DNA of 64,000 nt from Spirochaetia bacterium (lineage in GTDB: Bacteria > Spirochaetota > Spirochaetia > SZUA-6 > Bin103): positions 3,232,001-3,296,000 of the forward strand of contig OZ241863.1 in assembly GCA_965203055.1 (NCBI GenBank). The letters run 5' to 3'. Below are positions 9,003 to 18,013 of the stretch, piece by piece (positions within the stretch are counted from its first letter, which is position 1; every line of letters starts with the position of its first letter). The position numbers were made by a program, and so were the translations under genes. Under the pieces are notes generated by a model that worked only from the letters and a program-made list of their open reading frames with translations, ran no database searches and was not told the origin of the DNA.

Positions 9003-10269
9003 TGCGCCGGACCAGCTTCTGCGGAAGCTCCGGCTCGGAGAGGACAGCTTCCTGGAGTGCAAGGAGATAGTCTTTGCGGGAAGCAAGGTCAAGGGACCGG
9101 CGCGCAACGACCTCGCGGACGAATTGGCGGCGTTTGCCAACGCGCACGGCGGAATCCTGGTGTTGGGCGTTGAGGACAAGAGCCGCGAGATTGTTGGGAT
9201 ACCCGTAGATCGGCTGGACGCTGCGGTGCGCTACGTCTCGGAGGTCGCTCAGGATTCGATTCGGCCGCCACTCGATCCCGTCATCGAACGGCTGGAGCTG
9301 CCGGACACTAGCGGGCGAACGCAGGCCATCGTCCGCGTCGAGGTCATCCGCAGCCTGTTCGTGCATGAGAGCCCTTCCGGCTACCTGCATCGCGTGGGTG
9401 ACGCGAAGCGCCGAATGGACCCGCAGTATCTCGCGCGGCTGTTCCAGCAGCGCAGCCAGGCGCGCCTCGTGCGGTTCGACGAGCAGAGGCTGGAGGATGC
9501 TTCGTTCTCCCATCTGGACGCAAATCTTATCGAGCGCTTCGCCCTCCCGGAGGTCGCGGATGAGCTTGCGGTTCTCGCCCGCAAGCTGGGCATGGCCGCG
9601 GCCCCGGACGGCGATGATCTCCGCCCGACTGTGGCCGGCGTTCTACTCGGCGCTCGGCAGCCGGAGCGTTGGCTGTCCCACGCCTACATCCAGGCAGTGG
9701 CCTATCGCGGCCGGACGGTGCCGGACGCCCTGGAGTCTGCCTGGTATCAACTCGACGCCGCCGACATCGGGGGACCGCTCGACGCGCAGGTTACGGACGC
9801 ATGCCGGTTCGTCGTCCGCAACCAGCAGGTGCGCGCCAGAAAGACGCTCGGCCGCGTGGACCAGCCGCAGTACGACATGACCGCGGTGTTCGAAGCGGTG
9901 GTCAACGCCGTAGCTCACCGCGACTACGCGATGCACGGAAGCCGCATACGGCTGCACATGTTCGCCGACCGCATCGAGCTGTACTCGCCGGGTGCGCTGG
10001 CGAACACGCTCACGGTCGAGGACTTGGCGTACCGTCAGGCAAGCCGCAACGAAACGCTGGCGAGCCTGCTTGCCAGCTGCCCGGTTCCCTCCGGGATCGC
10101 TGGGCTTGAGACTAACCGAACGACCCTGATGGACCGCCGCGGACAGGGTGTGCCGATCATTCTGGTACGCAGCACGCAGCTTTCCGGGAAGCGGCCGGAG
10201 TATCGCTTGTTCGGCGACGAATTGCGTTTGACCATCTACGCGGCGCACGGCGATGCCGAAGGAGGATAG
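8995..10269 (+). CDS. AlbA_2/Schlafen domain + HATPase_c_4 (RecG C-terminal-like) protein
   Basis: GEDSFLECKE, AAFANAHGGILVLGVED; FEAVVNAVAHRDY, IELYSPG, SRN and MDRRGQG. Overlaps the upstream stop. Confidence 0.85.
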   Translation: MLDAPDQLLRKLRLGEDSFLECKEIVFAGSKVKGPARNDLADELAAFANAHGGILVLGVEDKSREIVGIPVDRLDAAVRYVSEVAQDSIRPPLDPVIERLELPDTSGRTQAIVRVEVIRSLFVHESPSGYLHRVGDAKRRMDPQYLARLFQQRSQARLVRFDEQRLEDASFSHLDANLIERFALPEVADELAVLARKLGMAAAPDGDDLRPTVAGVLLGARQPERWLSHAYIQAVAYRGRTVPDALESAWYQLDAADIGGPLDAQVTDACRFVVRNQQVRARKTLGRVDQPQYDMTAVFEAVVNAVAHRDYAMHGSRIRLHMFADRIELYSPGALANTLTVEDLAYRQASRNETLASLLASCPVPSGIAGLETNRTTLMDRRGQGVPIILVRSTQLSGKRPEYRLFGDELRLTIYAAHGDAEGG

Positions 10270-10270
10270 G

Positions 10271-11659
10271 ATGTTCGAAGCTGCAGGATGGGACGCTTAC
10301 TTCGCACTCGTACGGACCCGCACATGGGACGAGGTCGAGTCGGAACTGAGGTATAAGCGTGCCACTGAACGGTTCTTGCGATCAGTGACCAACGAGGTGC
10401 TGTCCAGCAGCAACCGAAATTGGATCTACAACGCAGCTAAAGCCGACCGGAAGAACTTGGAGTTTTGCGGCGGTTGGAGAAAGACGGCGGCTCTGGCCAA
10501 ATGGTATGGCGAAGAGCCGAGACGAGTGGCGGAGGCGCTGAGGGGGCTTTGGGTCCCGTACGATGGATCGCCTGACGGATTGCCGCCGAGGGATGAGGTA
10601 TTCGCACGGATTCGTACATTCGCCAAGCAATTGCCGTTCGTAAAGAACCTCCGCGGAGCAGGCGGGCGCATGGCACTGACCTCCGCCCTGCTTATGAGGA
10701 TTTCGGCCGAACATTACCCGCCGTTCAAGGTGACAATGTTCACCAAGGTATACGAGCTTACGGGCCACCCGCAGCCACCCCAGGATGCGGACGAAGCAAC
10801 TCTGTATGAGCACGCGTTGGAGTTTCTCGACAAGTTCGTCGAGGAAGCTCAGGCGCGTAGACTCGAATGGCCGAGCAACCTCCTCGAAGCGCAGTCGGTA
10901 GTTCACATGCTCCGTTATTCCGATCCTAATGCCGGTGGCCGTCCGCGAGCGGCGGAGTCTCCCCGACGAGTTGATCATCAGCCGGACAGTGTGTCAGCGT
11001 CTGCAGGATGGGACGCTTACTTCGCACTCGTACGGAACCTCGAATGGGCCGCGGTCGAGTCGGACGAGCTTCAGTATAAGCGCGCCGCTGAAAGGTATTT
11101 GCGATCAGTGACCAACGAGGTGCTGTCGAGCAAGGATAACTGGATCGACGCCGCTAGAGATAGAGGTAACTTCCGGCGATACTTGAATAAACTTGGCGGC
11201 GGTTGGAGGAGAATGACGTATCTGGCCAAATGGTGGGACGAGGAGCCGGAACGGGTGGCGGCGGCGCTGAGGGATCTTTGGGCCTTGTACGATGGATCGT
11301 CTGACGGGTTGCCGTCGAGGGATGAGGTATTCACACGGATTCGCAGATTCGCCAAGGAATTGCCGTTCGTCGACAAGAATCTCCGCCGACCAGGAGGGCG
11401 CTTGGGACTGATTTCCGCCCTGCTCATAAGGATTTCGGTCGAACATTACCCTCCGTTCAAGGTGAGAATGTTCACCACGGCATACGAGCTTACCAACCAC
11501 CCCAAGCCGCCCGATGATGCGGACGAGGCGACGCTGTATAGGCACGCGTTGGAGTTTCTCGACAAGTTCGTCGAGGAATCTCTGGCTCGTAGACGAGAAT
11601 GGCCGCGCAACCTCCTCGAAGCCGAGTCGGTAGTCCATATGCTCCGTTATGCCACGTGA
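10271..11659 (+). CDS. Hypothetical protein made of two tandem copies of a ~215-aa unknown domain
   Basis: GGAGG RBS before ATG 10271. Both halves begin AGWDAYFALVR and end NLLEAxSVVHMLRY. Confidence 0.75.
   Translation: MFEAAGWDAYFALVRTRTWDEVESELRYKRATERFLRSVTNEVLSSSNRNWIYNAAKADRKNLEFCGGWRKTAALAKWYGEEPRRVAEALRGLWVPYDGSPDGLPPRDEVFARIRTFAKQLPFVKNLRGAGGRMALTSALLMRISAEHYPPFKVTMFTKVYELTGHPQPPQDADEATLYEHALEFLDKFVEEAQARRLEWPSNLLEAQSVVHMLRYSDPNAGGRPRAAESPRRVDHQPDSVSASAGWDAYFALVRNLEWAAVESDELQYKRAAERYLRSVTNEVLSSKDNWIDAARDRGNFRRYLNKLGGGWRRMTYLAKWWDEEPERVAAALRDLWALYDGSSDGLPSRDEVFTRIRRFAKELPFVDKNLRRPGGRLGLISALLIRISVEHYPPFKVRMFTTAYELTNHPKPPDDADEATLYRHALEFLDKFVEESLARRREWPRNLLEAESVVHMLRYAT
10281..11650 (+). 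repeat. Intragenic tandem duplication (~640-bp units starting at 10281 and 11001)
   Basis: The 36-nt start CTGCAGGATGGGACGCTTACTTCGCACTCGTACGGA is identical at 10281 and 11001. Many further identical blocks follow, for example CACGCGTTGGAGTTTCTCGACAAGTTCGTCGAGGAA. Confidence 0.92.
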
Positions 11660-11720
11660 GAGAGTCGGCGTTGGTCCAATGATCGGATTCGCCGGCGGCG
11701 GCAACGCGGCGGACTTTCGT

Positions 11721-12131
11721 TCAGGTAGCTGGCTCTCTGGTGGCGGCAGATGCTGTGGGGTGGTGCCATTCCGGGCCTTCTTCGCCCGGTTCGGGCAGGA
11801 CCCGTCCGGCCTCCATCGTCCAGGACGCCGGGCCTTCGGTGATGCGGCCTCCCAACTGGTTGGCCGGGACGCCGGTGATGTCGCGGAACGCGCGCATGAG
11901 CTGCGCCAGCAGTTGCTCCCTGAGCGCCGCCGGCCGCCCCGCCCGGTTGCCGCCGTCGATATAGTACGGCTCGGCGAACTCCGGGTCTTCGTTGGCGAAG
12001 AACGCGACGTGCACGAAGTTGCGCGGCGCTCCGGTCAATCCACAATGAATATCGGTGAACGCCCGCGCCACTTGTTGGCGCTGCTCGAACGGGATCGAGT
12101 CTTGCGGAACCAGGCAGCGGTAGAACGGCAT
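11721..12131 (-). CDS. Tautomerase superfamily protein, cis-CaaD/Cg10062-like
   Basis: AAGGAGG RBS; catalytic Pro1 (MPFYRC); AFTDIHCGLTG, NRAGR and MEAGRVLPEPGEE resemble the cis-CaaD subgroup. Confidence 0.78.
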   Translation of the reverse strand: MPFYRCLVPQDSIPFEQRQQVARAFTDIHCGLTGAPRNFVHVAFFANEDPEFAEPYYIDGGNRAGRPAALREQLLAQLMRAFRDITGVPANQLGGRITEGPASWTMEAGRVLPEPGEEGPEWHHPTASAATREPAT

Positions 12132-12152
12132 AATCTTCCTCCTTGGGATAGG

Positions 12153-12512
12153 CTATGGCGGCGGCTGACTCCGGTCGCGCACGGATACGACCAGTTCGTC
12201 GGCAGCGCAGCCGGTGAGATCGCGCCACACGTCGCAGATGCGCTGCATGATGTCGACCCGCACCATCTGCTTGCAGCCCGGCGGGATCGATCCTCGGACC
12301 ATCGAGGTGGTGGAGATCTCGCCGCCTCTGAAGCAGAAACCATGGGGTATCACGGTGAACTCGACCTCCACCAACTCCGGCGATCCGCCCAGAAGCGAGG
12401 AGCTGATCCGGGCCAGCGCGGCCTTCAGTTGGGGCCGCAGCCAATCGGGCACCACGCCCTCTTGAATGATGCAATTGAAGCTGATCCTGGGTAACCGCCC
12501 TGCCCTGCGCAC
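12153..12512 (-). CDS. Second tautomerase-like protein lacking a Met-Pro start (start uncertain)
   Basis: FNCIIQEG..LKAALARI..VEVEF..FRGG..SMVRGSI..ICDVWRDLTG..ELVVSVRD fits two beta-alpha-beta units. Confidence 0.55.
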   Translation of the reverse strand: MRRAGRLPRISFNCIIQEGVVPDWLRPQLKAALARISSSLLGGSPELVEVEFTVIPHGFCFRGGEISTTSMVRGSIPPGCKQMVRVDIMQRICDVWRDLTGCAADELVVSVRDRSQPPP

Positions 12513-12608
12513 GCGCCCAGCTTACTACGCCGCGGCGCTTTGTGCACGGCCCGCGCCGCCAGCCAGCCAGCAGCCCGGCCGCCGGTGCCGCCGGCGCCCC
12601 TTGCGTGC

Positions 12609-15600
12609 TCAGAACAGCGGGAGCTGCAGGTCGGCGGCCGGGTCGCGGCGCCGGCGGCGCGGCTTCTGCTGCTGCTGTTCGCGGAGCGCGGTCTCGATGT
12701 CGGTGACGAAGCGCGACAGGCGATTCTCTACGGTCCGGCCGAACAACGGGCGGTGGGCGGCGTGGGTCAGGATCAGCCGGCTGCGGGCGCGGGTCATGCC
12801 GACGTAGAACAGCCGGCGTTCCTCGGCCGGGTCGGCGCGGCGGTTGGGCGGCGTGTAGGGCAGCAGACCCTCCTCGCAGCCGACGATGAACACCACCGGG
12901 AACTCCAGCCCCTTGGCGGCGTGCAGGCTCATCAGCGCCACCCGGTCCGCGCGTTCGTCGTACCGGTCGGTCTCACTCTGCAGCGCCTGCGCGGTCAGGA
13001 ACTCGCGCAGGCCGGCGGACCCGGCGGCGGCGCGGCGCTGCAGGCGGTCCACCCGCTCGCGTTCACCGGCGTCGTACGCGCGCCCGCGCAGCCCGGCCCA
13101 GCCCGCCGCCGCGGCCGCTACCCGCTCCGCGACCGGCGCCGAACCGGGGTTGGCCAGCTCCCGCACCAGCGCCAGCGTCCGCCCCCACCGGCCGCTGGCC
13201 GGCACCCCGTCTCCGGCGGCGTCGAGCGCCGCCGCCGGGGGCAGCCCGGCGGCTTCCGCGGCCGCGGCCCGCGCCACCAACTGCTCCAGCGCGGTCGCCC
13301 GCGCGGCGCCGCCTCCATCCGCCAGCACGCGCCACCAGTGGAGGCGGCTGGCCGGCGCCTGCGCCAGCCACAGCAGCGCCAGAATCTCACGCACCGGCGG
13401 CTGCTCCGCCGGCGCGCTGCCGGCGGCGGCTTGGCAGGGGATGCCGGAGCGGTCGAACGCCTCCTGCAGCAGCTTGGCCTGGGCGTTGAGGCGGTACAGA
13501 ACCGCGAATTCGCCAAAGCTGTGGCCCTCGGTTTCGCCGTCGTCCTCCACGCGTCCCGAGTCCAGCGAAAAGTAGCTGGTCCCGCCGACCAGCCGTTCCA
13601 CCTGATGCACGACGTATTCCGCCTCGGCGGCGGCGGTGGGCGCGCGGTACACCTCCAGCTTCACCTGCTCGGCGAAGTCGGCGGTCAGCGCCGCCGCCTG
13701 GTGGTCCGGGTTGCGCGCGATCACCTGTCTGGCGGCGTCCAGAATCGCCGGCGCCGACCGGTAGTTGCGATCCAGATGGAGCCGCTGCGCGCCGGGGAAG
13801 TCGTCGCCGAAGGCGAGGAAGTAGCGGTGGTCCGCGCCCCGAAAGCCGTAGATCGCCTGGTCCGGGTCGCCGATCACGCACACGTTGGCGCCGCCGCCGG
13901 CGAGCAGCCGCAGCAGGCGGTACTGGGCCGCGTTCACGTCCTGGTACTCGTCCACCGAGATCCAGCGAAAGCGCGCCTGCAGCGTCTTGCGCACCCCCGG
14001 GTCGCTCTCCAGCAGTGCTACGGTACGCACCACGAGGTCGTCCAGGTCCAGGGCGCCGGCCTCGGCAAGGGCCGCGTCGTAGCGTTCCCGGAGCGCTGCC
14101 GGCTCCGGCCCGCCCGCGGCGGCGGCCGCGAGTTGGTTCTTGTGCGCCGAGATCGCCGCCAGCGCCGCGCGCAGCTTGCCGGCGGCCAGTTCGGGGCAAC
14201 TCCGCTGCAGCAGCAGGCGGCGGTCGGCCTCGTCGAACACCGCGAACGACCGTGGGATGCCGGCCGCAGCGGCGAACTCCCGCAGCAGCCGCGCGCCCAG
14301 TTGATGGAAGGTGCCGGCCGTGATTGGCGCTATCTGCTCCGCCGCCAGCAGCCCCTGCAGGCGCTCGCGCAGCTCGTCCGCGGCCTTGTTGGTGAACGTG
14401 AGCGCCAGAATCGACGCCGGCGCGGCGCCGAGTCCCTGGACCAGGTGGGCGATGCGGACGGTGAGCGTGCTGGTCTTGCCGGTGCCCGGCCCGGCGACGA
14501 TTGCCAGCGGGCCTCCGGTATGGGTGGCCGCTTCCCGTTGCGCCGGGTTGAGCTCGGCGAGCCACTCCGTCAGGCCGGCGGGTGGCGCCATCGCTGCCGC
14601 AGGCGGTTGCGCTGGCGGCGGTGACGCAGTTCCCGCCGCTGCCATCACCGGTTGCGCTTCCGCTTCGACCACCGCCGCCGGCTGCTCCGGCGCTGACCCG
14701 GCGTCCCCGCGCCCGGCGCCCGGCAACGGCGCGCCGCCGCCGGAATCCACGCCCGGCGCGGGGGCGGGTTCCTCCTCCGCGAGTTCGGCGAACATGCCGA
14801 GCTGCACCACCGACGACCGGTCGGCCGCGCCGTCGAACAGGCGGATCACGCCATATTCGCCGTCGTAGCCGCTCTGGGCGCGCACCTCGCCGGCGCGCAT
14901 GCGGCGCACGCCTTCCGCCAGCACCGCGTCCGCCGCGGCCGCGATCTCCTCCAGGGGCAGGTCCTGCAGGATGGTCAGCTCCGGCCCCAGCCGCTCCGTC
15001 AGGCGCAGGTACTCGCGCTGCACCCGCTTCGAGTTGGGACCGGCGCCGAGCAGCTCGGCCAGCGCTTCCGGCAGCGGAATGAGGCTGGCGAACGGACCGG
15101 CGCAGGCCGGGCGCGCGCCGCGCGGGCGGTCGGCCAACTCCTCCATCCGGTGGTATACGCCGACGGTCACCGGCTTGCCGCACGCGGAGCAGCGCCCGCC
15201 GCGGGCGCGCGTCGTGGCCGGCTCCCAGCAGACGCCGCACTTGCGGTGGCCGTCCAGGTGGTACTTGCCCTCCTCCGGGAAGAACTCGATGGTGCCGCGG
15301 TAGCCGGCCGGCTCACCGTTGCGCAGCGCGGCGAACAACGCGTCGTAGCTCAGCTCGGTGTCGAATCGGGTCGCTTCCCGCGCCAGCTTCGGCGGCGAAT
15401 GGGCGTCCGAGCTGGAGATCAGCGTGTAGGCGTCCAGCCCGGAGACGCGCCAGTTCATCGGCGGATCGGACGACAGACCGGTCTCCACGGCGAAGATGTG
15501 CGGCGTCAGATCGGCGAAGCACTCCCGCACCGAGTCGAAACCCGACTTCGAGCCCAGAATCGAAAACCATGGGGTCCAGATGTGGGCCGGAATCAGGTGG

Positions 15601-16073
15601 CAGCGGGCGTCCGTCTGCAGCACGATCTCGAGCAGGTCGCGGCTGTCGAGGCCCAGGATCGGGCGCCCGTCGGAGCGGATGTTGCCGATCTTCTCCAACT
15701 CCTGCTGCAGCCGCGCGACAGCTTCGAACGACGGAGCGAAGACGACGTTGTGCACCTTGCGGGTGCGGTCGTACTTCTTGTAGATGTTGCTGATCTCGCC
15801 GCCGATCAGAAAGCGCACGCTGCCGCGGCACGCCGCCGGCACCTGGTCGGCGACCGCCGCGGTGTGTTCCGGCTTGAGCCGAAACAGCCCCTCCTCCGCC
15901 GGTTCCAGCTTGTCGCGCAGCTCCGCCAGCCAGCCGGGGTGGGCGATGTCGCCGGTGGCCACCACCTGCACGCCCTTGATCTGCGCCCACTTCCACAGGT
16001 GTTCCAGCGTCAGGTCGCGGCTGGTCGCGCGCGAGTAATGAGAGTGCAGATGAATGTCGGCAACCAGCTTCAT
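12609..16073 (-). CDS. Endonuclease Q (PHP + Zn ribbon) fused to UvrD/Rep SF1 helicase
   Basis: ADIHLHSHYS, PAHIWTPW, ETGLS, SDAHS, GKYHLDGHRKCGVC, CSACG and GYDGEYG (EndoQ). AGPGTGKT, TFTNKAA, VDEYQD, GDPDQAIY, NYRS, HAAKGLEF and YVGMTRA (UvrD). Confidence 0.92.
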   Translation of the reverse strand: MKLVADIHLHSHYSRATSRDLTLEHLWKWAQIKGVQVVATGDIAHPGWLAELRDKLEPAEEGLFRLKPEHTAAVADQVPAACRGSVRFLIGGEISNIYKKYDRTRKVHNVVFAPSFEAVARLQQELEKIGNIRSDGRPILGLDSRDLLEIVLQTDARCHLIPAHIWTPWFSILGSKSGFDSVRECFADLTPHIFAVETGLSSDPPMNWRVSGLDAYTLISSSDAHSPPKLAREATRFDTELSYDALFAALRNGEPAGYRGTIEFFPEEGKYHLDGHRKCGVCWEPATTRARGGRCSACGKPVTVGVYHRMEELADRPRGARPACAGPFASLIPLPEALAELLGAGPNSKRVQREYLRLTERLGPELTILQDLPLEEIAAAADAVLAEGVRRMRAGEVRAQSGYDGEYGVIRLFDGAADRSSVVQLGMFAELAEEEPAPAPGVDSGGGAPLPGAGRGDAGSAPEQPAAVVEAEAQPVMAAAGTASPPPAQPPAAAMAPPAGLTEWLAELNPAQREAATHTGGPLAIVAGPGTGKTSTLTVRIAHLVQGLGAAPASILALTFTNKAADELRERLQGLLAAEQIAPITAGTFHQLGARLLREFAAAAGIPRSFAVFDEADRRLLLQRSCPELAAGKLRAALAAISAHKNQLAAAAAGGPEPAALRERYDAALAEAGALDLDDLVVRTVALLESDPGVRKTLQARFRWISVDEYQDVNAAQYRLLRLLAGGGANVCVIGDPDQAIYGFRGADHRYFLAFGDDFPGAQRLHLDRNYRSAPAILDAARQVIARNPDHQAAALTADFAEQVKLEVYRAPTAAAEAEYVVHQVERLVGGTSYFSLDSGRVEDDGETEGHSFGEFAVLYRLNAQAKLLQEAFDRSGIPCQAAAGSAPAEQPPVREILALLWLAQAPASRLHWWRVLADGGGAARATALEQLVARAAAAEAAGLPPAAALDAAGDGVPASGRWGRTLALVRELANPGSAPVAERVAAAAAGWAGLRGRAYDAGERERVDRLQRRAAAGSAGLREFLTAQALQSETDRYDERADRVALMSLHAAKGLEFPVVFIVGCEEGLLPYTPPNRRADPAEERRLFYVGMTRARSRLILTHAAHRPLFGRTVENRLSRFVTDIETALREQQQQKPRRRRRDPAADLQLPLF

Positions 16074-16110
16074 CCGCTGCCGCGAGCCCCGACATACTCG
16101 CTACCCGGCG

Positions 16111-16569
16111 TTAGCGGCATACGTTCCTCCTCAGCAACTGTTGGTGTGGACGCTGTAGTTCCCCGCCAGTACGCGTGGAGTAGACCTTTCCTCTCGGTTG
16201 GTTGATCAGCGTGGGGTCCGTGAAGTCCCGATGCAAGGGACGATCGTTCGAATACAAGAGGCGGGCTTTGCTCAGCTGCGCTAACGCAATGACGTGCAGA
16301 TCATTGGATCTGCATGAGCCGGATCTTCGCAGCACATTGCACTGTGCTGCAATTGCCTGATCATTGACGGTTCGGACGATGCCCGCCAGTGCCGCTTGCT
16401 GTAGCCACGCCTGGAAATTTCTATTTTGCCCCAGCTCATCAAGCAGCTTTCCACCGACGACGAGACGCAGGTTACCGGAACTTATTCGGTCGAAAAACGC
16501 CGTTCCGGCCGCAGGACGATTGTCACTGAACACTTCATGCACGACGTTAGCATCGAGAATTGCACACAT
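16111..16569 (-). CDS. PIN-domain protein
   Basis: AILDANVV, LLDEL, SNDLHVIALA and LYSNDRPL provide the PIN acidic residues. Confidence 0.78.
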   Translation of the reverse strand: MCAILDANVVHEVFSDNRPAAGTAFFDRISSGNLRLVVGGKLLDELGQNRNFQAWLQQAALAGIVRTVNDQAIAAQCNVLRRSGSCRSNDLHVIALAQLSKARLLYSNDRPLHRDFTDPTLINQPRGKVYSTRTGGELQRPHQQLLRRNVCR

Positions 16570-16574
16570 TTGAT

Positions 16575-17882
16575 CTACAGCCTCAGCGACCTTCGCGTTT
16601 CTTCCATGAAGAACTGACGATATCCGTTCGGCGTGTCCAGGATGTTGCCTTCGTCATCGATCCTTAGCGAGTGAATGCGCACGTCCAGCGTACCACGCTC
16701 GAAGAATAGCACTGAAACGTGCTCCGGCAGCAGCGCGGTTCTGCGGTCTCGCACCTCCATTCGCACACGGTCGATCAGATGATCGCTGTGGGTCTCCACG
16801 ACCAATTGGCGGTGGGGTCCGGCGACGTTACAGAACAGGCTGCCCAGGGCAGCCTGGGCGCTGGGATGGAGATGTACTTCCGGCTGCTGCAACAACAGCG
16901 GCCGCAAGTTATCGTTGTCCTGGTGATCCACCCGGAGCAGTTCAACCAGCACCGGCAACACCTGACTGACACCGTAGCCGACGTCGATCAGGTTGCGCTG
17001 CGGCCCCTTCAGCGCGCCGTCATACCGCCTGACCTGCATCTGAAACGGCTCACTGTCCTTTCGTCCGAGCTGTCTTATGGAGATCTCGTCGAACAGCCCC
17101 GCCGATCGTCCGAAACGCTCCAGTTGGACCTTGAGACGCTCCCATTGCCGTCGGTCGCGGAAATGGAGATCGGCAAGATACATCGGGATGTAATCTCCTT
17201 CGGTGTCCATGGCAACCCGCGCGGGATCGTAGGTTCGGTGCGGCCTGGACCGGACCGGAGCGCTGGCAAACGGCCGCGATTCGGAATTGCGGGTCAGAGC
17301 CATGCTCCAGGACTCGGCGAATTCGCTGAGCTCCGCCTTGTCCTTGTCGGAGAATGACGGGACGCCGTCCGACGCCGGAAACGCCAAAAGCGAACTCAGT
17401 GGGGCCGTTACGCTGCCACCTGGCGAGAATTTGCGATCCGGCGGTACTTCAATATCCCAGGTACTGCTCGCGGTACCTGCTCGTAGTGAAGACAACGTAT
17501 CTTGTGCCCAATGCTGTTCGATCCACTGATCTCGGCGCTTGAGAAGCTTGCGTATTGGTACCGGAGCAGTGCCTTGTTTGCCGAAGGTGACCGCGAAGTG
17601 ATATTCGCCAACGTCGATCTCCGCGGCGAAGGTTTCGGCGCGGCCACTCCGCCCACCGCGGTGGTGCGCAATTTCCTCGAAGCTGCCCAAGTCGTAGGGG
17701 GGTTCCTTGAAGTCAGGTACGCGATTCCCGGCGGCGGCGTCCCACAGCGCCCGGAGCAGCGCCAGGAAGGAAGTCTTCCCAGTGCTGTTGTCGCCCACGA
17801 GCAACGTCAACGGCGCAAGACAAGCGGTCTGCCGCTCGCGGAAGCAACGATAGCTCTGCAGCGCGACTCGCTCCCAGGTCAT
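16575..17882 (-). CDS. ABC-type (AAA_15/AAA_21-like) ATPase, DUF3696-type C-terminus
   Basis: Start reassigned to ATG 17882 (MTWERVALQSYRCF). Walker A GDNSTGKTS; VGYGVSQVLP; LQQPEVHLHP (Q in place of the usual Walker B acid); ETHS. Confidence 0.85.
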   Translation of the reverse strand: MTWERVALQSYRCFRERQTACLAPLTLLVGDNSTGKTSFLALLRALWDAAAGNRVPDFKEPPYDLGSFEEIAHHRGGRSGRAETFAAEIDVGEYHFAVTFGKQGTAPVPIRKLLKRRDQWIEQHWAQDTLSSLRAGTASSTWDIEVPPDRKFSPGGSVTAPLSSLLAFPASDGVPSFSDKDKAELSEFAESWSMALTRNSESRPFASAPVRSRPHRTYDPARVAMDTEGDYIPMYLADLHFRDRRQWERLKVQLERFGRSAGLFDEISIRQLGRKDSEPFQMQVRRYDGALKGPQRNLIDVGYGVSQVLPVLVELLRVDHQDNDNLRPLLLQQPEVHLHPSAQAALGSLFCNVAGPHRQLVVETHSDHLIDRVRMEVRDRRTALLPEHVSVLFFERGTLDVRIHSLRIDDEGNILDTPNGYRQFFMEETRRSLRL

Positions 17883-18013
17883 TGGTAGACGGCTGGCGCG
17901 GCGGAGGTGCCTGAGTTGGTCATGCGTCGTATTATAGCGGGAGCCGGCAGGAGAGGCGATGAAGCACCATCCCAGCGACCACACCTTTGACAGTGCGCCC
18001 AATCCGGACCGCC

